From Clostridia bacterium (lineage in GTDB: Bacteria; Bacillota; DTU086), in NCBI GenBank assembly GCA_012523575.1, contig JAAYIF010000025.1, positions 128 to 64,127 on the forward strand: a stretch of DNA of 64,000 nt, written 5' to 3'. The translations under genes were made by a program, and so were the position numbers. Below the pieces are notes generated by a model. That model saw nothing but the letters and a program-made list of their open reading frames with translations. It was not told the origin of the DNA and ran no database searches. Of the stretch, positions 42,700-53,486 are shown piece by piece. Position 1 is the first letter of the stretch; each line of letters starts with the position of its first letter.

Positions 42700-44409
42700 T
42701 TAGAGCACCTTTAAGGCCTTGATGGAAAAATAGTAGCTCAGTTTTTCCTCTCCGTTTTTGAAGGGGTCTTTTTCCATGATCTTTTTTATGCGCTCCAATC
42801 GGTATTTTACCGTATTGGGATGAATAAAGAGGGTTTCGGCAGTTTTGTTTATATTTTCGCCGCAGTCCAGATAGGTTTCCATGGTTTTTAGCAGCTCACT
42901 GTTGTGATTGGCATCATATTCAATGAGTTTTTGTAATTTCTTCCGGCAGCTATCCTTAAGTTTCTCATTGCCAAATGTGAGAAGAAGGGAATATATCCCC
43001 AGTTCCTGATAATCAAAAATTCCACTGCCCCCCTTTATCCTCCAACCTATTTCCAGGGCCTGCTCCGCATGATGAAAGCTTAGGGGAAAATCAGTAATTT
43101 TACTGCACAGGCTGCCAATACCAATGGAAACGGGTATATTTTCCAGTTCCTCTTCAACTTCCTTTTGGATCTCCTGGGCTAATCCGTAGAGTAGTGTTTT
43201 AACCTCACTTTGTTTTACATCATTTGGAATGTTCTGGAGAACTATAACCCTTTCTCCCTTGGGTATAGTCACACTTTTTTTGCTGAACCTTTTCACCGCA
43301 AAATCAACGGCATTATGCAGTCTGTCCTTAACCAGCTGGACGATCCAATAATTCTCCTGCAGATACTTTAGGTAGATCTCCTCATAATTATCAATTTCAA
43401 CTATTAAAACCACATATTTCCCCTCAAGGTCCAAACCCCTCTGCTCTGCTCTCCGGATTATGGCTTCTTCGCTGCTGTAGTTTCTGCTTAAAAGGTCATC
43501 AATAAATTCTAAATTCAATTGTTCCTCCACTTTTTTTACCGCAAGGTTTTTGGAAATCTCCAAAGCAACGGCAGTCCCCGTATGGGTAAGTAGCATTTCT
43601 AGATGGCATTCTTCGGTTTCCTGGGGTTCCGGAAGAACCACATACCCGTAAGAGGTAGTGCCCATAAATACGGAAACGACAATAATTTCCTCTCTGCCGT
43701 CAAAGGCGGAAACACGGGAAAATTTTATGTTAAGCTTCCCCTCATCGATAATTCTTTTATCCGGAAAGTCCCGCCCTGCGTATTCTTGCAATACTGCCTC
43801 CACTTCTTTTCTGAAAATCAAAGGGTCGTAATGGGGGTGCTGGACTTCAGCAACAATGTGTCCCGTACCGTCGGCAATAACAACGGGTTTTTTTACAACT
43901 TCCCTTAAAGATTCGGCAATTCCCTTAAAACCGCCCCCGGCAAGGAGCATATTGGTAAGGTATCTGTTTAATTCCTGGGACCTCTCCAGCATAATCTTTT
44001 GTTTGTCCAGTATGGCTTCCATTACAGTGGTTAAAACACTGCTATAGGGAATGCTTTTGGGAAGAATGAGTATGGGAAAATTGAGTTCTTCCGCCAGGGC
44101 ATAGGCATGATCGTCCAGAAAAACTTCCTGCTTATTGCCCGGATGCACCGCCAGAGCCGCCGAACCTGCATCTTTCAAATCCCTGATAAGCTGGTAAACC
44201 TGATCTTTTTTTTGAAAAGCGCTGAGGGCTGTTAGGTAAAGCTCTCCCCCCTGGAGCCACTGCTGATAAAGCTCCACCTCCAGCACGCTTACGGTTTCGA
44301 TAATATTGGACAGTCCATTACGCCCTGCTTTAAGAATAACCCCATGACCCTTAAGTAGCTCCAAAGCTTCGTTGACAGTTATACCGTTCAATGTCCGCAC
44401 CTCTGCCAA
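42700..44409 (-). CDS. PucR-family transcriptional regulator
   Basis: N-terminal PucR domain (WLQGGELYLT); C-terminal LLKTMETYLDCGENINKTAETLFIHPNTVKYRL. Confidence 0.92.
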   Translation of the reverse strand: MAEVRTLNGITVNEALELLKGHGVILKAGRNGLSNIIETVSVLEVELYQQWLQGGELYLTALSAFQKKDQVYQLIRDLKDAGSAALAVHPGNKQEVFLDDHAYALAEELNFPILILPKSIPYSSVLTTVMEAILDKQKIMLERSQELNRYLTNMLLAGGGFKGIAESLREVVKKPVVIADGTGHIVAEVQHPHYDPLIFRKEVEAVLQEYAGRDFPDKRIIDEGKLNIKFSRVSAFDGREEIIVVSVFMGTTSYGYVVLPEPQETEECHLEMLLTHTGTAVALEISKNLAVKKVEEQLNLEFIDDLLSRNYSSEEAIIRRAEQRGLDLEGKYVVLIVEIDNYEEIYLKYLQENYWIVQLVKDRLHNAVDFAVKRFSKKSVTIPKGERVIVLQNIPNDVKQSEVKTLLYGLAQEIQKEVEEELENIPVSIGIGSLCSKITDFPLSFHHAEQALEIGWRIKGGSGIFDYQELGIYSLLLTFGNEKLKDSCRKKLQKLIEYDANHNSELLKTMETYLDCGENINKTAETLFIHPNTVKYRLERIKKIMEKDPFKNGEEKLSYYFSIKALKVL

Positions 44410-44494
44410 TCCCCTCTTTTTTATGAATTGAACGCTTTTTCTAAGAATTCTTTAAAAAACAAAAAACCTCCTTCTCCGCAAAAAAGCTGCCAAT

Positions 44495-44521
44495 AAAAAA
44501 GTGCGGCAATTGACGCCGCAC
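44495..44521 (-). terminator. Terminator after hydantoinase B
   Basis: GTGCGGC-N7-GCCGCAC with an A6 run on the left (U-tract on the minus strand). Confidence 0.7.
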
Positions 44522-44539
44522 CTCTTTTTTGATTATTAA

Positions 44540-46321
44540 TTACCCTCTTCTGCTTCTCTCTACCCTAAGCTTTTTGGTTTTTTCCTCATCCACTGTCAGG
44601 GTTTCTTTATCTATTATAACCCCATAATCCCTTTCCGCCTCTTCTGCGGTAATAATTTCATCCTTAACATCCCGCAGAACCTTTTCCACAGGCCGCTCCA
44701 GAGGATCACCGTAGCCGCCGCCGCAGCCGCTAATAAACCTCACCAAATCCCCCTTGCGCATGGGATAATTGGAAAAGGTAGCCCCCACCACAGGTTCTGA
44801 ACCGTCAGCGGGGTGCACCTCAACGATGTTGGGAGAACCATCCTTGCCCCCGGCAAATCCCCAGGGCGGGAATTGATGCCTGCTGACGATGGTGGTCAGT
44901 TCGGCATTGGAATTAAGGAGACGATAATCCCTGATAAGGCCGCAGCCGCCCCTAAATTTCCCGGCACCGGTGTTTAAATTAAAGGCAAACTGTTCCACAA
45001 TAATGGGGTATTTGTATTCAGCCACTTCTGCCGGTATAACAAAGGTTTCTCCGTCGGCAATGGCCACCAGCCCGCTTTCACCGTCTTTATTGTATCCTGC
45101 TCCCCAACCTCCGGCCTGGGGCTCACAGAGTACGAAGGGCTGTTTGGTTTTATCGTCAATACCCGCAAGGATAGTTCCGATAATGCTTAAGAAATGACCC
45201 GCGGTGATCCTTTCGGGTATAGCGGGAGCCAAAGCCTTAGCCACCAGGTCCGTTATGTGAGACGTAGCCTCCCAGTTAGTAGACACAGGGGCAGGGCGCA
45301 CTGCATTAAAAACGCTTCCCTCCCTGGTAATAACTTTAACGGGAGAATAAAAACCTTCGTTGGGTTCAGCGTCGGGGTTTACCAAAGCGTGATAAATAAT
45401 TCTCCCAGCGGAGTAGGCTCCGTATTTTGTGCAGTTAATGGGAGCGGGTACCTGATCCCCGGATTCCGTAAGGTCAATAATGAAGCTGTCGTCGGTTATG
45501 GTCACCTTTGCCTTTATATAAACGTTTTCCACATTATTGGCCTGGGCATCAATGTAGCTGTCTGCTTCAAAGGTTCCTTTGGGCATTTTGGCAAGCTCTT
45601 TAAGGGCTAGCTTTCTTCCGTTTTCCAGAATCCAATCAATGCTTTCCAGCACCGCATCCCTGCCGTACCTGTCGAAAAGCTCCAGCACCCGCTTTTCCGC
45701 AATACGTAGGGATGCTGTCTGGGCGTAAAGATCTCCCAGGGTCATATCGGGAGTCCTGCAGTTGGCAGCAATCATGTCCCTAACTGCTTCATTGAGCTTA
45801 CCCTCATCATAAACCTTAATTACGGGAAACTGCAGACCCTCCTGGTATATTTCCGTGGCGTTGGTAGACCAGCTTCCCAAATTCTTGCCGCCTATCTCAT
45901 TCCAGTGCCCCTTGTTGGCAGCAAAGGCCACCAGTTCCCCTTTGTAAAAGATGGGAAGCACTGCGGAAACGTCACATAGGTGGGTTCCGCTTCCCGTATA
46001 GGGATCATTGGTAAGAATTATGTCCCCCGGTTTCAAATTTTCTGGGCCGAACTTTTCCAGCACAGAGGCAACGGAAAAGGTAATGGCTCCCATAAAGCCC
46101 GTAACCCCGTTGGCCTGCCCAATGAGGTTGCCCTTTGCATCGGTAAGGCCGCAGGAATAGTCCAAAACTTCATAAATAATGGTACTCTGGCTTGTCCTTC
46201 CCCAGGTATAGAACATTTCCTCAGCAGCAGCAATGAGCCCCTGGGCAATATTTTCCCTGGTAAAGGGATCAACCTGCCCCTTCTTATAAGCCCTTTCCTG
46301 TATTTTTAAACTTTCCTTCAT
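44540..46321 (-). CDS. Hydantoinase B/oxoprolinase-family subunit
   Basis: IIYEVLDYSCGL, NDPYTGSGTHLCD, GHWNEIGG, GAGKFRGG, GGGYGDP. Confidence 0.92.
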   Translation of the reverse strand: MKESLKIQERAYKKGQVDPFTRENIAQGLIAAAEEMFYTWGRTSQSTIIYEVLDYSCGLTDAKGNLIGQANGVTGFMGAITFSVASVLEKFGPENLKPGDIILTNDPYTGSGTHLCDVSAVLPIFYKGELVAFAANKGHWNEIGGKNLGSWSTNATEIYQEGLQFPVIKVYDEGKLNEAVRDMIAANCRTPDMTLGDLYAQTASLRIAEKRVLELFDRYGRDAVLESIDWILENGRKLALKELAKMPKGTFEADSYIDAQANNVENVYIKAKVTITDDSFIIDLTESGDQVPAPINCTKYGAYSAGRIIYHALVNPDAEPNEGFYSPVKVITREGSVFNAVRPAPVSTNWEATSHITDLVAKALAPAIPERITAGHFLSIIGTILAGIDDKTKQPFVLCEPQAGGWGAGYNKDGESGLVAIADGETFVIPAEVAEYKYPIIVEQFAFNLNTGAGKFRGGCGLIRDYRLLNSNAELTTIVSRHQFPPWGFAGGKDGSPNIVEVHPADGSEPVVGATFSNYPMRKGDLVRFISGCGGGYGDPLERPVEKVLRDVKDEIITAEEAERDYGVIIDKETLTVDEEKTKKLRVERSRRG

Positions 46322-46325
46322 TTCC

Positions 46326-48380
46326 TTACACCCCCGTATGAATTATCAAGTTCCCGTATTCATCCACTTCCAAAGTCTGGCCGGGATACACTATGGTAAC
46401 GGATTTGGATTCCTCTACGGCTGCAGGCCCTTCAATCACATGACCCGGTCCCAGCTTTGTCCTGTCGTATACCCTACTCTTCAGCCTGCCCTGTTCGTCA
46501 AAGTCAATGATTCTTTCCCCTTTAACAGCAGCTTCAAGGGCACCTGCAGGAGGCATTTTCTTAATTTCCGGCTTTTTAACGGTTCCAAAGGCTGTGAGGT
46601 TGAAGTTGACAAATTCAGCAGGAGCATGTTCCAAGCTGAAGGTGTAGTGCTGATGGTGAAGCCTGTCAAAGGCCTTCCTTATTTCACTAAGGTCCTCCTC
46701 CCTTACTTCACCGCTGCCCACCGGTGTCCTCACAGTGTGTTCCTGGCCGATATAGCGCAGATCAGCAGTCTTTACGAATATAACATCCTCAGGTGAAATG
46801 CCCTGCTTTTGGTAAATGGCCAGGGCTTCCTCTTCCATTTCCCTGTAAATTTCATTAACCCTCTTAAGATCGCAGCCGTCCACGGGCATGATCTGTGTCT
46901 GTACAAAGTCCTGGCGGAGATCCGTCATGAGCATGCCCCATGCGGAAAAGGTAGCTGGCATGTTGGGGACAATGAGCTTGCCCACCTTGAGTTCCGAAGC
47001 CAAGAACGGTCCGTGTACGGCACCGTTTCCGCCCATGGCTACCATGACGAAATCCCTGGGATCATAACCCCTGCGCACGGAAATCAGCTTCAGGGCATTG
47101 AGCATGTTGTTGTTGGCAATCTTTATAACTCCAAGGGCTGCTTCCTCAATGCTGATCCCGAAATGACGGGCAATGGGTTCCATGGCTTTCTCCGCCAGTT
47201 CCCGTTTTATCTTGAACTCCCCGCCCAGGAAGCTGTCGGGATCGATTCTTCCGGCAATGAGGTTGGCATCGGTTAGTGTGGGGTTCGTTCCTCCCAGACC
47301 GTAGCAGGCAGGTCCCGGAACAGCCCCGGCACTCTGGGGACCTACTTTTAAAACTCCCACTTCATCTATCCACGCAATGCTTCCCCCGCCGGCGCCTATC
47401 TCAATGATGTCCACGATAGGCATTTTTACGGGATAACCCGCAAATTTTGGCGTCCACTCCAGTTTATAATCAGTGGTAATTTTCACCTCGCCCTTGTTTA
47501 TAAGGGATGTTTTTGCAGTGGTGCCGCCTATGTCAAAGGTTATGATGTTGTCCTCCCCGATGATTTTCCCCAGAGCAGCTGCCCCTATAACGCCTCCCAC
47601 GGGGCCGGATTCAATGAGGTTGATGGGAACTTCCTTTGCCCTGGCGAAGGTTGCCGTTCCACCGTTGGAAAGCATGGCATGGGGTTCAATGTACAGATTC
47701 ATTTCCCCCAGCCTCATCTTTAACCTGTCCAAATACCTGGCCGCAGCGGGCTTCACATAGGCATTGAGCACCGTAGTGCTGGAGCGCTCGTATTCCCTCC
47801 ACTCCTTGATCAAATCAGAAGAAATGGTTATCTCCACTCCCGGCAGTTCCCTGGCGAGAATTTCCCCTACCATCTGCTCATGACGGGGGTTTGCGTAAGA
47901 GTGCAGGAGGCATACTGCCACTGCATCTACATTTTCTTTTTTAATTTTTTTGGCTACTTCCACAACGTCTTCTTCAGAAAGTTCCTTTAGAACCTCTCCC
48001 TTGTAGTTGAGACGCTCGTCCACCTCAAACCTCAGGTAGCGGGGCACAAAGGGCTCCGGTTTTTTATAGAAATAATTGTAGAGATCAGGTCTGTTGGCCC
48101 TTCCGATCTCCAGGGCATCCCTGAAACCCTTTGTGGTTACCAGAGCAGTTTTTGCCCCCTTTCTTTCCGTTACCGCATTGATAACCACCGTTGTTCCGTG
48201 AACAAAATAGGCTGTTTCCGAGAGATCAACCCCTGTTTTGGCCACTGCGTTGATGACTCCGTCAGCAAAGTTTTCCGGAGTGGTGTGGGCCTTTTCTTCA
48301 ATGAGAGCTCCGGTTTCCTCCTCCAGACAGACAATGTCCGTAAAAGTACCTCCGATGTCCACAGCTATTCTGTAGCTCAT
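46326..48380 (-). CDS. Hydantoinase A/oxoprolinase-family ATP-binding subunit
   Basis: DIGGTFTD, HGTT, EYERSSTT, ESGP, DIGGTT, IGAGGGS, SAGAVPGPACY. Confidence 0.93.
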   Translation of the reverse strand: MSYRIAVDIGGTFTDIVCLEEETGALIEEKAHTTPENFADGVINAVAKTGVDLSETAYFVHGTTVVINAVTERKGAKTALVTTKGFRDALEIGRANRPDLYNYFYKKPEPFVPRYLRFEVDERLNYKGEVLKELSEEDVVEVAKKIKKENVDAVAVCLLHSYANPRHEQMVGEILARELPGVEITISSDLIKEWREYERSSTTVLNAYVKPAAARYLDRLKMRLGEMNLYIEPHAMLSNGGTATFARAKEVPINLIESGPVGGVIGAAALGKIIGEDNIITFDIGGTTAKTSLINKGEVKITTDYKLEWTPKFAGYPVKMPIVDIIEIGAGGGSIAWIDEVGVLKVGPQSAGAVPGPACYGLGGTNPTLTDANLIAGRIDPDSFLGGEFKIKRELAEKAMEPIARHFGISIEEAALGVIKIANNNMLNALKLISVRRGYDPRDFVMVAMGGNGAVHGPFLASELKVGKLIVPNMPATFSAWGMLMTDLRQDFVQTQIMPVDGCDLKRVNEIYREMEEEALAIYQKQGISPEDVIFVKTADLRYIGQEHTVRTPVGSGEVREEDLSEIRKAFDRLHHQHYTFSLEHAPAEFVNFNLTAFGTVKKPEIKKMPPAGALEAAVKGERIIDFDEQGRLKSRVYDRTKLGPGHVIEGPAAVEESKSVTIVYPGQTLEVDEYGNLIIHTGV

Positions 48381-48433
48381 AGCAACTAACCCTCCCTGGT
48401 ATGTTATATATAATCTTCTTCCCAGCAGAAAGC

Positions 48434-49525
48434 CTAAACTTCCACCAGCTCCCTGGGGAAATTGTTCAATCGCACGGGTCCCCGGTCCGTTACCGCCACA
48501 ATATCTTCAATGCGGATCCCGAACCTCTGGGGAATGTAAATTCCCGGTTCCACACTGAATACCATGCCCTTTTCTAAGGAAACCTTGCTGCCCTCCACTA
48601 TGTAGGGCTCCTCATGGTAGTCAAGGCCTATGCCGTGGCCGGTGCGGTGGATAAAAAACCGCCCGTATCCTGCCCGGTCAATTACCTCCCGGGCAGCCCT
48701 GTCCACGTCCCCGCACAAAGCCCCGGTGACAGCGGCCCTGTATCCCGCCTCATTGGCTTCCATGACTATCCTGTAAATCTCCTTTTCCTCGTTACCCGCC
48801 TTGCCCACAAAGACAGTCCTGGTTATATCGGAGCAGTAGCCTTCCAATACTGCCCCAAAATCCAGCACCACTAAATCTCCCTTTTCTATATTCCTGTCTC
48901 CGGGAATGTGGTGGGGCATGGCGCCATTGGGGCCAGAAGCCACTATGGGCTTAAAGGATATATCATCGGCACCCTTTTCCTTGATTTTTCTCTCAATAAA
49001 ATGCGCCAGCTCCAGCTCGGTCATCCCCACGGAAATTTCCTTCAAAACTTCCCCCATCACTTCATCCGCCAGTTCCCCTGCCTTTTTTAAGCATCTGAGT
49101 TCTTCTTCATCCTTTATGGAGCGCACCTTTCCCAAAAGCTCTCCTGCGTCCACAAAGGTGCAGTCTTTGAAAGTTTCCATGAGCCGCAGAAGATGACCCG
49201 CCCACAGCTTGGGATCCACCGCAGCCCGTCCCTTTATGGTTCCGCAGGCTTCACGAACCGGCTCCATGGGGTCCTGCTGATCCGCCCAGGTGAGAAGCTC
49301 AAAACCCTCTCCCAAATCGGAAGCGGCCTCTTTATACATCTCCGGCAGCACAAGGAAAAGGGGACCTTCCCGGGACAGTACCGCCAGCTGTAGGCGTTCA
49401 TCCAAAGTGGTTTTTACCCCGGTTAGATAAAAGATATTGGATGAAGGTGCGGTAAAAAGGCATTGGATGTCCCTTTCCTCCATCAGCTCCCGCACCCGTT
49501 TAACCCTATTTACATAAACTTCCAT
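48434..49525 (-). CDS. M24-family Xaa-Pro peptidase (prolidase/aminopeptidase P)
   Basis: Full metal-ligand set: DFG, SDITRT, HRTGHGIG..HE, EPGIY, RIED; ATG 49525. Confidence 0.9.
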   Translation of the reverse strand: MEVYVNRVKRVRELMEERDIQCLFTAPSSNIFYLTGVKTTLDERLQLAVLSREGPLFLVLPEMYKEAASDLGEGFELLTWADQQDPMEPVREACGTIKGRAAVDPKLWAGHLLRLMETFKDCTFVDAGELLGKVRSIKDEEELRCLKKAGELADEVMGEVLKEISVGMTELELAHFIERKIKEKGADDISFKPIVASGPNGAMPHHIPGDRNIEKGDLVVLDFGAVLEGYCSDITRTVFVGKAGNEEKEIYRIVMEANEAGYRAAVTGALCGDVDRAAREVIDRAGYGRFFIHRTGHGIGLDYHEEPYIVEGSKVSLEKGMVFSVEPGIYIPQRFGIRIEDIVAVTDRGPVRLNNFPRELVEV

Positions 49526-49545
49526 GCTTTCACCCCTAAAAACCC

Positions 49546-50328
49546 TTACTCTTCCCACAGCCCTTGAAAGCCATACTGTTCTTCCAGTCCCCATTCCTTG
49601 ATTTCCCGGACCGGAGGCGTCTCATATCCCCCTACTTTACTGGTGTACCAGCCAAAGCGATCCCGAAGATTCACAAGAAATTCAGCGTATTTGAAGGGGG
49701 CAAGGACAACATCCACCACCGGCACACCCAGGCTATCCTGAAGCTCTTTGTAGAAGCCGAACTGAACGGTGCATCCCAGCACTATCACTTCCGCCCCGTC
49801 CTCTTTTACGGCCTTTTCAGCTTCTTCCTTAAGCCTCTTTTCGGTAAATTCTTCATCAGCGTGAAACTCCAGAACCCCCAGGTCCAAGGAACGGAAGGAA
49901 GCAAGCCTATCCCTATGTCCGTACTTGAACACATTCCTACGCATGGCGGGGATCCATTTTCTCCTACCAACGATGATGGAAAAGGTATCCCCTAAAGCTG
50001 CTGCTATGTTAAGGGCGGATTCCGCCGGCGCCGTTACCACCATCCTTTCACAAATCTCCCTGGCCTCCCTAAGGAAGGGGTCATAAAAGCATCCTATTAC
50101 AGCTCCGTCATAGCCTTCCTTTTCCGCTTTTTTAATTAAATTTAAAAGATCCCAGGAAACAAGGGCTTCATAATAATGATATTCCAGATGATGGGGTCCC
50201 CTTTCTAGGGAAACCACGTCCACTTCGGTGTCATCCTCTTTGGCACTGTTTAAATAATCCAAAATAAGCCGGTCCCAGCTGCTGTGCCCCACTGGATTGA
50301 TAAAGAGTATGCGTTTTTTACTGTTCAT
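49546..50328 (-). CDS. Asp/Glu/hydantoin racemase-family protein
   Basis: INP N-terminus and two catalytic-type cysteines (GCFYDP, LGCT). Confidence 0.85.
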   Translation of the reverse strand: MNSKKRILFINPVGHSSWDRLILDYLNSAKEDDTEVDVVSLERGPHHLEYHYYEALVSWDLLNLIKKAEKEGYDGAVIGCFYDPFLREAREICERMVVTAPAESALNIAAALGDTFSIIVGRRKWIPAMRRNVFKYGHRDRLASFRSLDLGVLEFHADEEFTEKRLKEEAEKAVKEDGAEVIVLGCTVQFGFYKELQDSLGVPVVDVVLAPFKYAEFLVNLRDRFGWYTSKVGGYETPPVREIKEWGLEEQYGFQGLWEE

Positions 50329-50376
50329 GGTAATTCCTCCTTTGTTCCTGCAGAAAAACCAAACCTATACTTTATC

Positions 50377-50578
50377 AGACGGTCGAGAATCATCTTAAGA
50401 ATTCCCACGGGGTTCTGTGGCGGTTTGCGAGCGACTTAACGACCGCCGGCTAAAACCGGGAGGTGCGAGCAGAAGATGAGCGCCAGCCCCAGTTTCTCGC
50501 ATGGACGTCGAATTTAGAGATGTCCGTCGTGAGTTCGCAAGTCAAGAAAACCGCAGCAGACACCCTTTGTCAACAAGC
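50377..50578 (+). mobile_element. MITE-like element copy 2, inside the catabolic operon
   Basis: Shares GACTTAACGA, CGCCGGCTA, AAAACCGGGAGG, GCGCCAGCCCCA, CGTGAGTTC and the terminal TTTGTCAACAAGC with copy 1 (reverse complement). Confidence 0.7.
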
Positions 50579-50597
50579 TGACTTCATTCCAATTAGA

Positions 50598-51590
50598 CTA
50601 ACCGTATAGGTGGCACCTTACAAAATGCCCCGGCTCAGCCTCCACCATCTCAGGATCAACCTCCATGCAAACTTCCCGCTTCTCAGGGCACCTCAGGTGA
50701 AAACTGCACCCCGGTGGAACATTAACCGGTGAAGGAATTTCCCCGGTGGAAACCACCTTTTTAGGCTTCAGCTCCTCCTCTTCCTCAGAAACCACAGGAA
50801 TGGAAGAAAGGAGCATTCGGGTGTAGGGATGAAGGGGTGCTTGGAAAAAGTCCTCCGTAGGAGCAGTTTCACATATTTTACCCAGGTACATAATTGCCAC
50901 CCTGGTGGCAATGTTCCTCATAAGGCTTAAATCATGGGTAATGAAAAGATAGGTCAGCCCCTTTTCCTCCTGAAGCTTAAGAAGCATATTGATAATCTTT
51001 GCCTGAATGGAAACGTCAAGAGCAGAGGTGGGCTCATCCAGGATCACAAACTGGGGATCCGTAGCCAGAGCCCGTGCTATGGAAATCATCTGTCTTTCCC
51101 CGCCCCCCATAGAAGCTGGAGATTTATGCATGTAGTTGGGGGGAAGTTCCACCATTTTAAGCAGCTGGACAATTTTTTCTTCTAAACCGTTTTTACTGGC
51201 AATTTTGTGAACCCTAAGGGGCAGTTCCAGTATCTGTCGAACATTCTGTCTGGAGTTCAAAGAAGACCCCGGATCCTGAAAAACAATCTGCAGATCCTTT
51301 TTTATGGAAAGGGAACGCTTAGCGCTGGGCATGCTTATATCCTGTCCTTGGAAAATAATCTTGCCTTCCGTTGGAGGATACATTCCCATTACCGTGTAAG
51401 CCAGGGTGCTCTTCCCGGAGCCCGATTCCCCCACCAGGCCCATTATTTCACCCCTTTTTACTTTAAGGCTCACACCGTCCACAGCCTTGACAAAAAGGGG
51501 CTTGCCTTCCGCTTTTCCCACGGAGAAATAGGTTTTAAGATTTTGTACCTCAAGAATTGTTTCTGTTAATGTTAATGCATCACCGCTCAT
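50598..51590 (-). CDS. Oligopeptide/dipeptide ABC transporter ATPase (OppF/DppF-like)
   Basis: GESGSGKST, GGGERQ, LDEPTSALD, HPYT, GCSFHLRC. Confidence 0.93.
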   Translation of the reverse strand: MSGDALTLTETILEVQNLKTYFSVGKAEGKPLFVKAVDGVSLKVKRGEIMGLVGESGSGKSTLAYTVMGMYPPTEGKIIFQGQDISMPSAKRSLSIKKDLQIVFQDPGSSLNSRQNVRQILELPLRVHKIASKNGLEEKIVQLLKMVELPPNYMHKSPASMGGGERQMISIARALATDPQFVILDEPTSALDVSIQAKIINMLLKLQEEKGLTYLFITHDLSLMRNIATRVAIMYLGKICETAPTEDFFQAPLHPYTRMLLSSIPVVSEEEEELKPKKVVSTGEIPSPVNVPPGCSFHLRCPEKREVCMEVDPEMVEAEPGHFVRCHLYG

Positions 51591-52588
51591 TATATCACCC
51601 CCTGCACCTTAAAACAGGCTACCTGGTGTCCATCTCCCACATCCTTTAACAGGGGCTTTTCCTCACGGCACTTTTCTTCCGACAGCCTGCACCTGGGATG
51701 GAAACGGCAGCCTTTGGGGGGAGAAAAGTAATCGGGAATACGGCCGTAAATACCCTCGGCTACCCCGCCCCCGGTAAGCCTGGGAACGGATTCTAAAAGA
51801 CCCAGGGTATAAGGATGAAGAGGATTTTTAAAAAGCTCTTTGGTCTCTGCGGTCTCCACAATATTGCCCGCATACATAACATATATCCTGTCGGTCATCT
51901 CCCGGGCAACACCCAAAGAATGGGTAATCATTATCAGTGACATTCCTTTCTTTTCCACCAAGCCCCTTAAGAGCCTGTGCACCTGGTCCAGAATGGTAAC
52001 ATCCAGGGATGTTCCCGGTTCATCGGCGATCAATAGCTCCCTTTCTGTCACAATAGCCATGGCAATACAGATTCTCTGCTTCATACCGCCGCTAAGCTGA
52101 CCGGGATAGCTGTTCAATATTCTTTCGGGGTCAGGTATGTAAACCTCCCCAATGGCTTTAACGGCAAGCTCCTTAATCTCTTCCTTGCTCCTTCCCTTCC
52201 CGCTATCCGAATATCTGATTACATCAAACATTTGGGTTCCAATGGTAAAAACGGGATTTAACGCAGCTGCGGGCTCTTGAAAGATCATGGAAATCCCCTG
52301 GGTGCGCACTTTGTTTAACTTTTGGGGCTTCATCTTTAAAATGTCTTCCCCGTGATAGAAAATTTCCCCTTTGGGGACAACGGCATTCTCGGGTAGAATC
52401 CTGAGCACTGTTCGCATGGTGGTGGTCTTTCCGCAACCCGCTTCTCCCACCAGTCCCACCTTTTCACCCTTTCCGACCCATAGGTTTACACCGTCCAGCA
52501 CCTTGGCAAAGCCATCATAGGTACGGTAGTGCACATGGAGATCCTTTATATTAAGAATAGAGTCATTTTTATTCACGATCATACTCAC
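51590..52588 (-). CDS. Oligopeptide/dipeptide ABC transporter ATPase (OppD/DppD-like)
   Basis: GEAGCGKTT, LSGGMKQR, ADEPGT, HPYT, GCRFHPRC. Confidence 0.93.
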   Translation of the reverse strand: MSMIVNKNDSILNIKDLHVHYRTYDGFAKVLDGVNLWVGKGEKVGLVGEAGCGKTTTMRTVLRILPENAVVPKGEIFYHGEDILKMKPQKLNKVRTQGISMIFQEPAAALNPVFTIGTQMFDVIRYSDSGKGRSKEEIKELAVKAIGEVYIPDPERILNSYPGQLSGGMKQRICIAMAIVTERELLIADEPGTSLDVTILDQVHRLLRGLVEKKGMSLIMITHSLGVAREMTDRIYVMYAGNIVETAETKELFKNPLHPYTLGLLESVPRLTGGGVAEGIYGRIPDYFSPPKGCRFHPRCRLSEEKCREEKPLLKDVGDGHQVACFKVQGVI

Positions 52589-53486
52589 CCTTTGCCATCA
52601 TATCGCGTATTCCGTCCCCCATAAGGTTAAAGCCCAGTATAGTAACGGCAATGGCCAGGGATGGGAAAACAGTCATCCACCAAAGATCGGGCATATAGCG
52701 GGTCCCGTCTGAAACCATCTGGCCCAAAGCGGGGGTGGGAGGCTGCTCTCCTAACCCCACAAAGCTTAAGGAAGCTCCGATGAGGATAACCCATCCTACG
52801 TCCAGAGCCATTTTTGTAAAAATGGGCGAAAGACAGTTGGGCAGTATTTCCCGGAAGATAATGTGAAGTCTCCCGGCCCCAATAAGCTCTGACGCCTTGA
52901 CAAAATACTCATTGCGCGTGGAAGTGGCCATTCCGTAAACAAGCCTCGTATACCACGGCCACCACATAACGGTAACGGCAATCATTGCGTTGGTGAGATT
53001 GGGCTTTAGTACCGCTGCAATGGCCAAAGCCAGAAGCAGCGGAGGCACCGAAAGAAATATATCCGTAACCCTCATGATAACCGTATCCAAAAAAGTACCC
53101 TGGTAGTATCCGGCAATGAGCCCTAGGAAAACCCCTATGGGCACGGCAATGGCCAGAACCAGCGCCGCCATATAAAGGGCTCCCCGGAAAGCAAAAATTA
53201 TCCTGGAAAATATATCCCTGCCGAAATTATCCGTACCGAACCAGTATTCGGCGCAGGGAGCAGTACCGGCATTGGCATAGTCCACAAATTTCCCCGCATG
53301 GTGAGGATAGGGAACAATTAGAGGTGCAAAAATGGCCGAAAAAACTATAATGAGGACAATAATAAGCCCCACCACAGACAGCTTATTGCGGGAAAATTTA
53401 TACCAATTCTTTTTTACCCCTGATTTTACCCTTACGGAAAAAGATAGAGCAGGTACTTCCTGTTTTGACTGAACGCTTATGTTCAT
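52569..53486 (-). CDS. Peptide ABC transporter permease (OppC/DppC-like)
   Basis: FGTDNFGRDIFSR, EAA-like loop YFVKASELIGAG. Confidence 0.92.
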   Translation of the reverse strand: MNISVQSKQEVPALSFSVRVKSGVKKNWYKFSRNKLSVVGLIIVLIIVFSAIFAPLIVPYPHHAGKFVDYANAGTAPCAEYWFGTDNFGRDIFSRIIFAFRGALYMAALVLAIAVPIGVFLGLIAGYYQGTFLDTVIMRVTDIFLSVPPLLLALAIAAVLKPNLTNAMIAVTVMWWPWYTRLVYGMATSTRNEYFVKASELIGAGRLHIIFREILPNCLSPIFTKMALDVGWVILIGASLSFVGLGEQPPTPALGQMVSDGTRYMPDLWWMTVFPSLAIAVTILGFNLMGDGIRDMMAKGEYDRE

